Origin: Halanaerobiaceae bacterium ANBcel28
Lineage (GTDB): Bacteria > Bacillota > Halanaerobiia > Halanaerobiales > DTU029
Reading direction: 5' to 3'
Assembly: GCA_037623315.1 (NCBI GenBank)
Contig: JBBJJH010000001.1
Span: 77,019-141,018 of the forward strand
DNA length: 64,000 bases
Position 1 is the stretch's first letter, and each line of letters starts with the position of its first letter. Below, piece after piece: positions 1 through 9,500 of the stretch. Position numbers and translations under genes: made by a program. The notes beneath the pieces were generated by a model. The model did no database searches, had not been told where the DNA came from, and saw only the letters and a list, made by a program, of their open reading frames with translations.

Positions 1-166
1 TTTTTGATAAAAAAAGACTTTTACCAAACCGTCTAGGTCGGATAAAGAAAAGATATTTGCTATCCAATTCTTCTAGAGTTTGCAAATATAGAGTTTTATC
101 GATATATAAATATTTCTCTTGCCTTAATGAGCTAAAATCAGATATGCCATAAGGTATTTTAAGCAT
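1..166 (-). CDS. AAA-ATPase (PF09820-like) family protein, N-terminal fragment; 5' part only, gene continues beyond window start
   Basis: Minus-strand translation from ATG at 166..164 gives MLKIPYGISDFSSLRQEKYLYIDKTLYLQTLEELDSKYLFFIRPRRFGKSLFLSK, the characteristic N-terminus of the AAA-ATPase_like family (PIGIxxF..YVDKT..RPRRFGKS); AAGGAG SD 9 nt upstream. Confidence 0.5.
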   Translation of the reverse strand, partial: MLKIPYGISDFSSLRQEKYLYIDKTLYLQTLEELDSKYLFFIRPRRFGKSLFLSK

Positions 167-273
167 CTCCACTTACTCCTTACTATTATCTTAATTTCTT
201 TTTCAGTATTAACTCTATTATATTACACAATACTACTTATAGCAATTTAATTCCATTTTACATTCCTTTTATA

Positions 274-693
274 TCAAAATGTCTTTCTCATATCTCTATC
301 ATCCTGCATCTTTAGCTTTACCTGATACCATGCATTTTTTCCAAAATCTTTTTCCAGTCTCTTTTTTAGTAACTTCTCTTGTTTTTCTGTTAACTTAGGA
401 AGAAGACGAATATGAGTCACCTTATTATCATTTTCATTATAAAAATCTAACATATCATCAATTGTTACAGCTAAAGCCTTTTTTTCAATGGGAAGAAAAT
501 CCCATTTGCCTTCTTCATCAAAGAGAATATAATTAAGTCTTGCTGCTGAAACGTATAAACCCTCTTCTTCATTTTGATAATACAGAGTTAATAAAATTAG
601 TTTTTTACCTATCAGATCTGGAAAAGATCGTTCATGTGATTCTTTTCCAATCTTTTTTATTTTCTTATCCTCAATAAGATAATATCTAAACAA
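274..693 (-). CDS. hypothetical protein (139 aa)
   Basis: ORF only; no recognisable motif. Confidence 0.35.
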   Translation of the reverse strand: MFRYYLIEDKKIKKIGKESHERSFPDLIGKKLILLTLYYQNEEEGLYVSAARLNYILFDEEGKWDFLPIEKKALAVTIDDMLDFYNENDNKVTHIRLLPKLTEKQEKLLKKRLEKDFGKNAWYQVKLKMQDDRDMRKTF

Positions 694-745
694 AAAATCA
701 CCTCTTAAGTTTCCATAATCGCTAGATATTTGCTATTTGTTTTTT

Positions 746-2101
746 TTAATAAAACGGATATTGGTCTGGAGATTCCCCTTTGCTTCCAATAATTTCAGGT
801 TCAAAAATATCTGTTTTTTTATCAAGAATTTTTTCAACAGATATATTTATCTTCCAATTATCTCCGAAATCGAATAAGTAGAGAAAATTTTTACCTACAT
901 ATAAATTCAATTCACCTATTTTTATTTCTTCGACATATGGTCCTCTATTACACATTTTAGAATTATAGAAAATATTTGAACCATATACTCCATCCATGTA
1001 GAAAGAATAGAGATGGTCATCGTCAAAATCATAGGCTTTTTGTATAATATTATGTAAATCCAACAAAGTGTGATTATCTGCAATTTTTATCTCTCGCCAC
1101 ACTCTATTATTGTATGAGCATTTAAAAATATAAATACCTTCCTTAAATTTTTCTTTCAGACTTGAAAGGGTCTTTGTTAGTACACCAGAAGGGAAAATAG
1201 GCCTAAAAGCATGATAGAAGATATCGACTTCTATTTTGTTTTTTATCTTTGTTTTATCATTTAATTTTGACTTGATTTTTGCTTTGAAATTTCTCTTTAG
1301 TTCAGCATGTTGCTGATCTGTTAAAATTTTGCTTTCTTTTACTTTGTCAAAAATAAAGTCTGTAAGTATCCCATTATAGTTGTTTTCTCGTTCAAAACTG
1401 TTTTGATATGGACGATTCCAATTTGTAATTTTCCTTTTATTATAAAGAACATCTGCTAATAATATCCCCAATTTATTTGCTATTATTTTACCAGCTTCAT
1501 ATTCTTGTGTACTTAATGATTCACATTCAATGACATCCCAAAAACCAAAATAATAGAAGTTTCTTAGAAAGGCATTCCTCTCAGAAAAATACACTTGATA
1601 ATATCCTCCATGTATTTTTACTTCTTCTCCTGCTTTTAAGGCACATAAAATCTCTAAAACACTATCAACAGTAGCCAGAGATAAGTTATCATGATTATGA
1701 ATCCCTATACTCTCCCAATCAATATCAACCCAAAATGTTTCCAATAAAAAGATATACTTCTCATAAAAATTCAATTTTTTATAAGTATTATAGCTATCAG
1801 AAACCATCAATTTAGGTTGACGATTTCTACTATCTACTAAACACAACTGACTTTTTGTACTTAAATGAAATAGCAAGTTCAAAAAGGGATAGGAAAACTG
1901 ATTACTTTTCTCAGTAACACCCTCTTCTTTATTAGTCATTAATGCATTCATCGCATAAAGATCTTTTTGTTTCAAATTCTTTTTTTTCAAAGTAAGAATC
2001 AAATCATTAGCACTTATATACTCCATAAATAGGTCAAAATCCTCGACTATTGATGGACAAAAACTTTCTTCTTTTGAAAGTACTTTTTTGTCTCTAGACA
2101 T
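746..2101 (-). CDS. pRiA4b ORF-3-like domain protein (C-terminal), unknown N-terminal domain
   Basis: C-terminal segment IYIFKCSYNNRVWREIKIADNHTLLDLHNIIQKAYDFDDDHLYSFYMDG matches the plasmid pRiA4b ORF-3 family signature (WRrI.v..TL.dLH.viq.amgW.d.HLheF). Confidence 0.55.
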   Translation of the reverse strand: MSRDKKVLSKEESFCPSIVEDFDLFMEYISANDLILTLKKKNLKQKDLYAMNALMTNKEEGVTEKSNQFSYPFLNLLFHLSTKSQLCLVDSRNRQPKLMVSDSYNTYKKLNFYEKYIFLLETFWVDIDWESIGIHNHDNLSLATVDSVLEILCALKAGEEVKIHGGYYQVYFSERNAFLRNFYYFGFWDVIECESLSTQEYEAGKIIANKLGILLADVLYNKRKITNWNRPYQNSFERENNYNGILTDFIFDKVKESKILTDQQHAELKRNFKAKIKSKLNDKTKIKNKIEVDIFYHAFRPIFPSGVLTKTLSSLKEKFKEGIYIFKCSYNNRVWREIKIADNHTLLDLHNIIQKAYDFDDDHLYSFYMDGVYGSNIFYNSKMCNRGPYVEEIKIGELNLYVGKNFLYLFDFGDNWKINISVEKILDKKTDIFEPEIIGSKGESPDQYPFY

Positions 2102-2176
2102 TTAATTTACCCCTTTATTTACTTTTATTAATGTATATCAACTGCAATTAATCTCTACTTAAAAAGGTGGATTAAC

Positions 2177-3745
2177 TTACATTCCCCAGATTACAATCTT
2201 CTTATCATTATATTCCTTCTCTTTTCTGAAAATTTTCTCCTCCCAGCCCTTATCTTCACTTTTATCAAAAATAAGCAAATGACCAGTATTTGTTCCCGTT
2301 CTATCCATATATTCTGCAGTTTGTTCAAGACCAAGGGCTATTGTTTTTTCTAGACTCTTATGTAAGATTTTAAGTTCAAGTACATATTTACTACTATCCT
2401 TCCACTCAATAAGTATATCAGTCCGCATTTTCCCAAGACCATATTCTCTATAAATTCTACCACCACCATTAACTACCCTCTGTAAAAAGGCCTGCAATAA
2501 AAGCTGGGGACCAGCTTCTTTATAAGCAAAGCGTTCAATCCAGGTTTCTGAGTTTTCACGAAAAAATTCCTGGAAATTTTCAATAAGTTTACTGACATTT
2601 AAGCTGCCATCTTCATTTACATACCACTCTGGTTCATATAAAGAACCTAAACTCATTTGACTTATATAATTCAATTCTCTAGGAATAACTTCTTTATAGA
2701 TTGGGTTTGAAATTTCTATTTTTCCGTTAATGTTGCTAACTAAACCTAAATCTATAAGATATTGTAAATCATCCTGTGGAATTTCTTTAATTGCCAGTCC
2801 TTCTAAAATCGGCTCGATTATATTTTTAACTCTTTCTTCTTTTAATTTATCCACCAGTTGATCAAGATGAGTGACTCTACTTAGAATTAATTTATCTTTA
2901 GCTTGATTAATTAAGTCTACAGTTATGGGATTGTTTCTATCTTTTCCTTCTGGCATTTCGAAACATGCTTCATAAGCTAAAGCATTTACTAGCCAGGGTT
3001 GCCCCTTTGTCAAATTATAAGCCAGTTTTATTGCATCTTCACTAAATTCCTGTCCAGTTGATTCTGTATGTTGTAAATATAAGAATTTTACATCATTTTC
3101 TCTAAAATTTCCCAATCTTATTGATTTTGCTTTGACATTAAAACAACTGCCACCTGTAATAATTTCATTATGCTCACTGGAATGAATTCTATAGTCTCTC
3201 ACATCTCTTACACCACATAATATTATGCTTTGAGGGAATGCATTAGGTCTGGTGTCATACCTACTTCTTAACTGACGTAGAACAGAAATAAGAGAATCTC
3301 CTACTAATGAATCTATTTCATCAATAAGAAGAACTGTTGGTAAATCATTTTCTTGAGTCCATTTTGTTAAAATATTTGCTAATGCAGTGTGAGAACTTTT
3401 AAGAATATTTTTAACATGCTTGCTCATTTTATTTTCATTTAAATATATTGTTTCCCTATTTTCAAGCTCACTTAAAATAGATTCCATCGCTATTTCTACA
3501 TTCTCTCTAGCCGCTTGAGCACTTTCAACATTTATATACAAGCACTTATATTTTCCACTTTTATTCAAAAGATCCATAAGGGTTAAAAGACTGCTTGTTT
3601 TACCACTCTGTCTGGGTGCATGTAGTACAAAATATTTTTTCTGATCAATTAAAGAAAATATCTCTTCTTTATTTATTCTCGCAGTTATTGGTACATGATA
3701 ATGATCTTTAGCCACTACCGGCCCAGCTGTATTGAAAAACTTCAC
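2177..3745 (-). CDS. AAA-like domain ATPase (FNTAGP-type), unknown function
   Basis: N-terminus MKFFNTAGPVVAKDHYHVPITARINKEE...VLHAPRQSGKTSSLL is the hallmark of the AAA-like domain family (FNTAGPV..HY...R + Walker A PRQSGKT). Confidence 0.6.
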   Translation of the reverse strand: MKFFNTAGPVVAKDHYHVPITARINKEEIFSLIDQKKYFVLHAPRQSGKTSSLLTLMDLLNKSGKYKCLYINVESAQAARENVEIAMESILSELENRETIYLNENKMSKHVKNILKSSHTALANILTKWTQENDLPTVLLIDEIDSLVGDSLISVLRQLRSRYDTRPNAFPQSIILCGVRDVRDYRIHSSEHNEIITGGSCFNVKAKSIRLGNFRENDVKFLYLQHTESTGQEFSEDAIKLAYNLTKGQPWLVNALAYEACFEMPEGKDRNNPITVDLINQAKDKLILSRVTHLDQLVDKLKEERVKNIIEPILEGLAIKEIPQDDLQYLIDLGLVSNINGKIEISNPIYKEVIPRELNYISQMSLGSLYEPEWYVNEDGSLNVSKLIENFQEFFRENSETWIERFAYKEAGPQLLLQAFLQRVVNGGGRIYREYGLGKMRTDILIEWKDSSKYVLELKILHKSLEKTIALGLEQTAEYMDRTGTNTGHLLIFDKSEDKGWEEKIFRKEKEYNDKKIVIWGM

Positions 3746-3952
3746 AAAATCATCTCCCTTTTATATTTCTATTTAATATTATAAGCTAATTTTTCCTTTT
3801 TTACAACTAAAGATAATACTCAATTAAACCATATCTCTTTGCCCTTTCACTTTCTCCCTCGACTATCTTTTCCACACTTTGCATAAAATACTAAGCAGCC
3901 AGATTTACAGGAATTCAATCTATATCTTCCCTATAAACTGTAAATATCTTTA

Positions 3953-3998
3953 TTTGAAAAAAAGCCAGCCATTTATCCCTGTAAATGACTGGCTGAGT
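3953..3998 (-). terminator. rho-independent terminator ending the Wadjet/phd transcription unit
   Basis: Minus strand: CAGCCAGTCATTTA-caggga-TAAATGGCTGGCT followed by TTTTTTTCAAATA. Confidence 0.75.
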
Positions 3999-4079
3999 AG
4001 ATTGATTTGTATTATTCTTACATCTATAATATTTAAATAAGATTACTTTATCTGTACGTATAATTTCATACTTCATAAT

Positions 4080-4349
4080 TTACTTCCTTGAGGAAAGAGA
4101 CTGGCGTATTCCGTCAAAAGTATCCTTTATAGGTGCCACACGGCCTTGAGATAAATCTTCCTCTGATTCAGCCAGCATTCTTAGTAATTTTAGTTCTGAC
4201 TTCATTTGTTCATATTCTGCTAATCCAAGAATTACTGTATCTCTCCTACCATTGACTGTTATATATACTGGTTTTCTAGTTTCATGACAAACTTTTGATA
4301 TTTCACTATATTTATTCCTTAAATCAGCGAATGGTCTAATCATATCCAT
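4080..4349 (-). CDS. Phd/YefM family type II antitoxin (no cognate toxin ORF detected)
   Basis: 89 aa; ...RKPVYITVNGRRDTVILGLAEYEQMKSELKLL... typical Phd/YefM fold signature. Confidence 0.7.
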   Translation of the reverse strand: MDMIRPFADLRNKYSEISKVCHETRKPVYITVNGRRDTVILGLAEYEQMKSELKLLRMLAESEEDLSQGRVAPIKDTFDGIRQSLSSRK

Positions 4350-4447
4350 AGAAAAACCCCCTCATATTCTTGATAATCAAATAATATCATCATTTGACTA
4401 TATCTTCAATATTTCTGCTATTTTAATCTTGATAAAGATATCTTATC

Positions 4448-5749
4448 TTAGATCAATTCCCTCTTTATATCACTGATAAGCTCATCAATAAGCATTTCCT
4501 GATATCCTGCCATAGTATTTTTCTTAAGATAAGCAGCAAGATCTTTCAGTTTTTCATTCTTCAAATTCGCCAGTTTACTCAAACTTTTCGCACTTATTCT
4601 TTCTTTAGAAAGGGTTTTTTCGTAATCAGGCAGACTATATCTCCACAGTACTAATTTATCCCTATACCTACTTTTCAACCTATCTGCTATGCCTAAACCT
4701 TCTGGATCAAAATCTCCTGAGTAATAAATAATCGTATCTTCTTTAACCAGCATATCCAGTAGCAAAAGTGATGCTAGCTTTAACTGACCACTAGTACAGA
4801 CTAGGGACAAGTTATCATTACCCAAACTATCTATGATACTTGAAAAAACAGCAGGGTTTTCAAGTACAAAAACTTTGTCAAGAGGGCTTACTATTCTCTC
4901 AATAGAGCTTAGATTTTTAAGAGAGAGCAGCAGCGGTTCTTTCCTTTTACTAAAACCCTTCCATCCCTGATGAATCTCTCCATTACTTTCTGCCTCCAGT
5001 CCATAACAGAGGGTGTAATTGGCTACTTCATTGATTAAGATACCAGCATTATAGAATAGCTCTGCCCTTTCTTCAGCATTATTGGGTTTCTCACTGTTAA
5101 ATTGATATACTAAAGCATATTGAAGTAGGATATCAAGGTCTGTACCATGGTCAAAGGCATGTGGATTTTTTGTAATCTGAGAAGCAAAAACTGCCAGACG
5201 TGTCTTTTTTCCCCCATGGATAGGCAAGTTGTTTAAGGCACGAGCAGTCTGATAAATATCTATCTTAAGTTTTTCTGAATCAATATTATATCTTTTTAAG
5301 AGAAGACTATAGGCATTGTTTTTATTAGAGTAAAGATCCATAAGCCACTTAGCTGCTGGTCTGCCTTCCACCTGATTTATAATTTTTCCAAAAAATTTTT
5401 TTCTCTCAGACAAGTAAATATATCGTTCTTGCTTATATGAAATGATCTCTTCTTCTAAAAAATATTCTTTCAATATATCTTCTAACAATATACCGTCAAA
5501 CCTTGTTCCCTGTAGGGCTTCCTCAAATTTTTCAAGTCTTATTGTGGCCTGTTTCTGCCTGCTATAATCCTTTCTAAAATAGCCTGTTAAAGCCTCTTTT
5601 TCCTGCTGGCTTAGATTGCTAAGAACTATTTTACCACCAATTTTTCCTAGTGATTTATATTTCTTTTTCATCTTCAAAAAAACCCTGGAAAAGCCAGGAT
5701 TTTTTTTAAAGTATTCAACACAGTCTTCTAGCAACTTATTATTATTCAT
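4448..5749 (-). CDS. jetD: Wadjet JetD (DUF2399/TIGR02679, Toprim-containing)
   Basis: Toprim-like motif IIYYSGDFDPEGLGIADRL near C-terminus; last gene of the jetABCD arrangement. Start taken at ATG 5749 (AGAGG SD 9 nt upstream); track start 5758 is TTG. Confidence 0.75.
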   Translation of the reverse strand: MNNNKLLEDCVEYFKKNPGFSRVFLKMKKKYKSLGKIGGKIVLSNLSQQEKEALTGYFRKDYSRQKQATIRLEKFEEALQGTRFDGILLEDILKEYFLEEEIISYKQERYIYLSERKKFFGKIINQVEGRPAAKWLMDLYSNKNNAYSLLLKRYNIDSEKLKIDIYQTARALNNLPIHGGKKTRLAVFASQITKNPHAFDHGTDLDILLQYALVYQFNSEKPNNAEERAELFYNAGILINEVANYTLCYGLEAESNGEIHQGWKGFSKRKEPLLLSLKNLSSIERIVSPLDKVFVLENPAVFSSIIDSLGNDNLSLVCTSGQLKLASLLLLDMLVKEDTIIYYSGDFDPEGLGIADRLKSRYRDKLVLWRYSLPDYEKTLSKERISAKSLSKLANLKNEKLKDLAAYLKKNTMAGYQEMLIDELISDIKRELI

Positions 5750-5804
5750 AACCATCAACCTCTGATATATTATATATAAGAAAAGTTAGGATCAATTTTG
5801 CAGT

Positions 5805-6209
5805 TTAGCCAATAGAAGCGACTGCTAAATCTAATGTATTAGCAGCTTTTATTAATCTTTTGTCTAAAGTTACTAAAGTAGAATTCTTTCTTCTGCAAGT
5901 AACTAAGTACATCGCATCATAAGCAGGATGATCAATTTTACATGATAGCGATATAGCTTCTTCATAAACATCTTCAGCTTTGATGAATTGATCTACTATT
6001 TCTGTCATTTGCCTTGTTTTAGTAAGCAAATCATCTAAAGGATAGTTTTGAATAGAATGATATTTCCACATTACATTAGATGCTTCATAAATATATAAAG
6101 AAGGAGCTATAATCCAATCAGCATCTTTTAGAATATCAATTAGTATTTTTTGTTTGGGTCTTCCCATGACTATTTCAACGGCAGCACTAACATCAATAGT
6201 AAAAATCAT
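5805..6209 (-). CDS. vapC: PIN-domain toxin VapC
   Basis: 134 aa; MIFTIDVSAAVEIV...EASNV...DAMYLV...TLDKRL: PIN acidic residues at canonical positions; 4-bp ATGA overlap with upstream antitoxin. Confidence 0.8.
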   Translation of the reverse strand: MIFTIDVSAAVEIVMGRPKQKILIDILKDADWIIAPSLYIYEASNVMWKYHSIQNYPLDDLLTKTRQMTEIVDQFIKAEDVYEEAISLSCKIDHPAYDAMYLVTCRRKNSTLVTLDKRLIKAANTLDLAVASIG

Positions 6210-6454
6210 CGTTCTCTATCCTCTCTGATAAGAGGAACAGGATCAAGAATATCTTGGGCTTTTTTATTACCAGTTTCATCTATAATACTGTTAAAGAAAA
6301 TTTTTCTTCGTTCTTTATTATGTTTTTCAATTTCTAAGGCTTTTTCAAGTAAAACAATAGTTTCTTGAGTTATACTTCTTCTTTCAGTTTCAGCAAGTTG
6401 AACAATTTTTTGATAGATATGTTCGGGTAAGTCTCTAACTTGTAAAGAAGGCAT
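6206..6454 (-). CDS. vapB: ribbon-helix-helix antitoxin VapB
   Basis: MPSLQVRDLPEHIYQKIVQLAETERRSITQETIVLLEKAL = RHH (CopG/Arc) motif; AAAGGTGG SD 7 nt upstream of this ATG (track start 6472 lies in the SD). Confidence 0.75.
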   Translation of the reverse strand: MPSLQVRDLPEHIYQKIVQLAETERRSITQETIVLLEKALEIEKHNKERRKIFFNSIIDETGNKKAQDILDPVPLIREDRER

Positions 6455-6536
6455 ATTGATTCCACCTTTCATATTTGTCTAGATATATTATAACATATTG
6501 CAAAGCTTCATGCAATGTGCATGAATAACAACACAG

Positions 6537-9500
6537 TTAGCTTACAAGTGTTCTCACATTACCATCCCATTGATAACGAATAACTGATACAACATCAGCA
6601 TTATTAGGCCTTACTAATTCACAGATAGAAAGTGATGGTACTGTATCATAATCACCCCATAATACCTGAGAGTTTATCACAAAACTAAGATCTAACTCCT
6701 CTAATAGTCTAAACATATCCCTGATATTATTGCTGTCAACACCAGCAAAAGCCTCATCAAGTGATATAATTCTCGGGCAATCCTTACGACCATTTTCATA
6801 GCGGGCATATACAGCAGAGAACAAAGGAACATACATGGCCATTGCCTTTTCTCCCCCACTAAATCTATTAAAGGCATTGTTTGTAAGTTCTCTTTTGGGT
6901 TCATTTGTTTTCTGATAATAGAGACGAAATTCAAACCATTTGCGGTAATCAAGGATATCTTTCATGATAGCATGGAAGGTCTGGTTTGATCCACTATCTT
7001 CCATCACCTTTCTGACTTCACTTATCTTTGATCTAAAGTGTGCAGATAGTTTTTTAAAATCCTCTTCTTTCAGAAGACTGGCTTCTGATTTCAATATCTC
7101 TACTAATTCCCGAGTATCCATCTGCTCCTCAGTTTCTGCTACTCTACTTTTCCAGCGCAGGCTAAATGACAAGCCACTTGAGGTGTCCATACTTTCCATT
7201 AACTTATTCATTTTCTTAACCCACTGTTCTGCATGATAGATCCTGGCTCTGATTTTTTTGCTAATAGTGTTTGCCAGAATATCTTCAAACAATTGACGAT
7301 CACTTTCTTTTAGTAATTGTTCATTTTCAACAATAGATTCTTCTATAAAATCAACAAGTGTATAAAAATTAACATCTTTACCTTTAATACGAGCAGTAAA
7401 TTCTAACCTTTTAAAGTCTTCTATCATTTGATTAATATCTAAATCATCTATTTGCTTTATTTCTTCTTGCCAATCATCTTTAGTAAATAGATGTTCAGCC
7501 ATTAAATTATACTCAGTCAGATATTGTCTGTTCTGATAATATTTATCTGTCAAACTAGTAATGTAATCTATTTTTGATCTTTTCTCATCATCTGATCTTA
7601 AGCTCTTATATACTCCCCTGGCAGATGCAAACAAATCCTCTTCGTCTTCTCGACTATAGACATATGCTAAATTAATTTCCTTTTCAAAGGACAATTTAGA
7701 GATAGTATCAATCTCTTTTGCTCTTAGAATCCTCTTTTCTAAGCCAGCTAAATTATTAGCTATCCTCTGATATTTTTCCTGAGAAACAGCAGATCTTTTT
7801 GACTCTTTTTGCAGCTCTTCAGGTATTTCTTTTAAGACATTTATACATTGGTCAATTTCCCTTTCAATTTCTTGATAATCTGTTTTCTCCAGGATCTCTC
7901 GATAGCTGGCTATTATCTCGCTATTTTCTTTCAACTCCCGCTCAAGCCTATTGAGATCATAGAAGAGGTTGTCTATATCCTGCAGAACATCTTCAATCTG
8001 CTCCTGGCCATTACTTAGCTGATACCTTTTATTGACAAGCAAGGTATGTTTGCTACTTAACTCACTTAAGTGATCCTTATAATCTTCAGCTGCCTCAAGT
8101 GCTTCCTGATAGGCATTCAGATTAAGTGGAAGATAAATTTTTGCCGTAATTTCCTGTACCTGTTCAGATACTTCTTTTAGCTTTTTATATATTTTTTCAG
8201 CTTCTTCTTCCTTGCGTTTGGTTTCCTTTTGATGGTTTTCTAAGCTCAAACTAGCATTTTGAAGCATTTTTAGTCCAGTTTCCAGGTCATCTTTTCCAGG
8301 AAATCTTCTAAACTCTTCCTGAATAAGAGCTAATAACTCCTGTAGTTTTTTAATTTTAATTATCTCTTCCTCTATGTGACTATTTAGATCTCTAATTTCT
8401 GCTTCTAATCCCTCAATAACTTGCTGGCGATATTCTTCGCGGGCTTGAACACCAATATACTTAGCCTCAAAAGAAGCACTGGCCTTTCCCCTTAAAATAC
8501 CAATGCTAAATTCACCCTTTTCATTAAGAAATGTTAGTGAATCCCCCTTATTTAAGACAATACTCTTTAGCGCCTGATCAATAATAGCAGGGGTAATCTG
8601 ACTATCTTCTACTTTTTCTGCCTTTAAGAACAATGAAAGTTCATGGGTCATATATTGTGGATTGGAAAATATATATTTATCAGCCATACCTCTATCCATA
8701 TTAAGGACATCTTCTTCGCGGTACTCCTCGGGAACAATTAAGGCATCCAGTAGTCCCATGTCTATTAAGGCCTCTTCTAAAACTCCCCTGGCTTCTTGAG
8801 AAAGATCATCGCGAAAATCAACTGCTTTATAGAAGGGTAGGAAAGGAATTCCTTCCTCAGCCAGTCTTTCACGATTGCGAAGAACCTTTTCTTCTCTAGG
8901 GGGTTCTGGATCCTTTTTCTTTTTCCATTCCTCCAATTCTTTTTCCTTCTCTTGAAGCTCTTCTTGATAGCTATCTATAGTTGCTTCTATACTGGAATTC
9001 TCTCTATTAATATTACTTTCCAGCAAAGATGTTTTCTTTCTAAGCTCTACAAGAATATCATCAAAACTAGACCCTTCACCATAGCTCCTTACTATTCTTG
9101 AAAGATTTTGCATTTCCTCTTCAGATAATTTCAGCAGTAAATTATTTTTTTCCCAGCGATAGACCTTTTCTAAATATTCATCACGGGTCTCATCAAATAG
9201 GGATTGTACTCGTTCAAGCTCTCTACTGGCATCATCTTTTTCTTTTTTTGCCTGATCAAGAATCTGTAAAGCACGATCATATTCTACTTTTTGCTTTTTT
9301 TCCTCTGCTAGCTTTTTTAGCCCCTCTGCTATCCTCTCTCTATATCTAAGCAACTCATTTTTTAAATAAGTAAAGTCATATTCCCGTGGAGGCTTTTGAG
9401 CTATTTCTTCACTGGCAAAAGAATGTTCATCAAACTTAAACTCTTCTGCAAATTCAGCCATCTCTTTTAGGATAGTATTAATCTCTTTATCTAAATACTG

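Noticed and set aside
6150-6368. 72-aa plus-strand ORF overlapping the vapB/vapC junction
   Set aside because: Antisense to two genes with clear family signatures. No SD.
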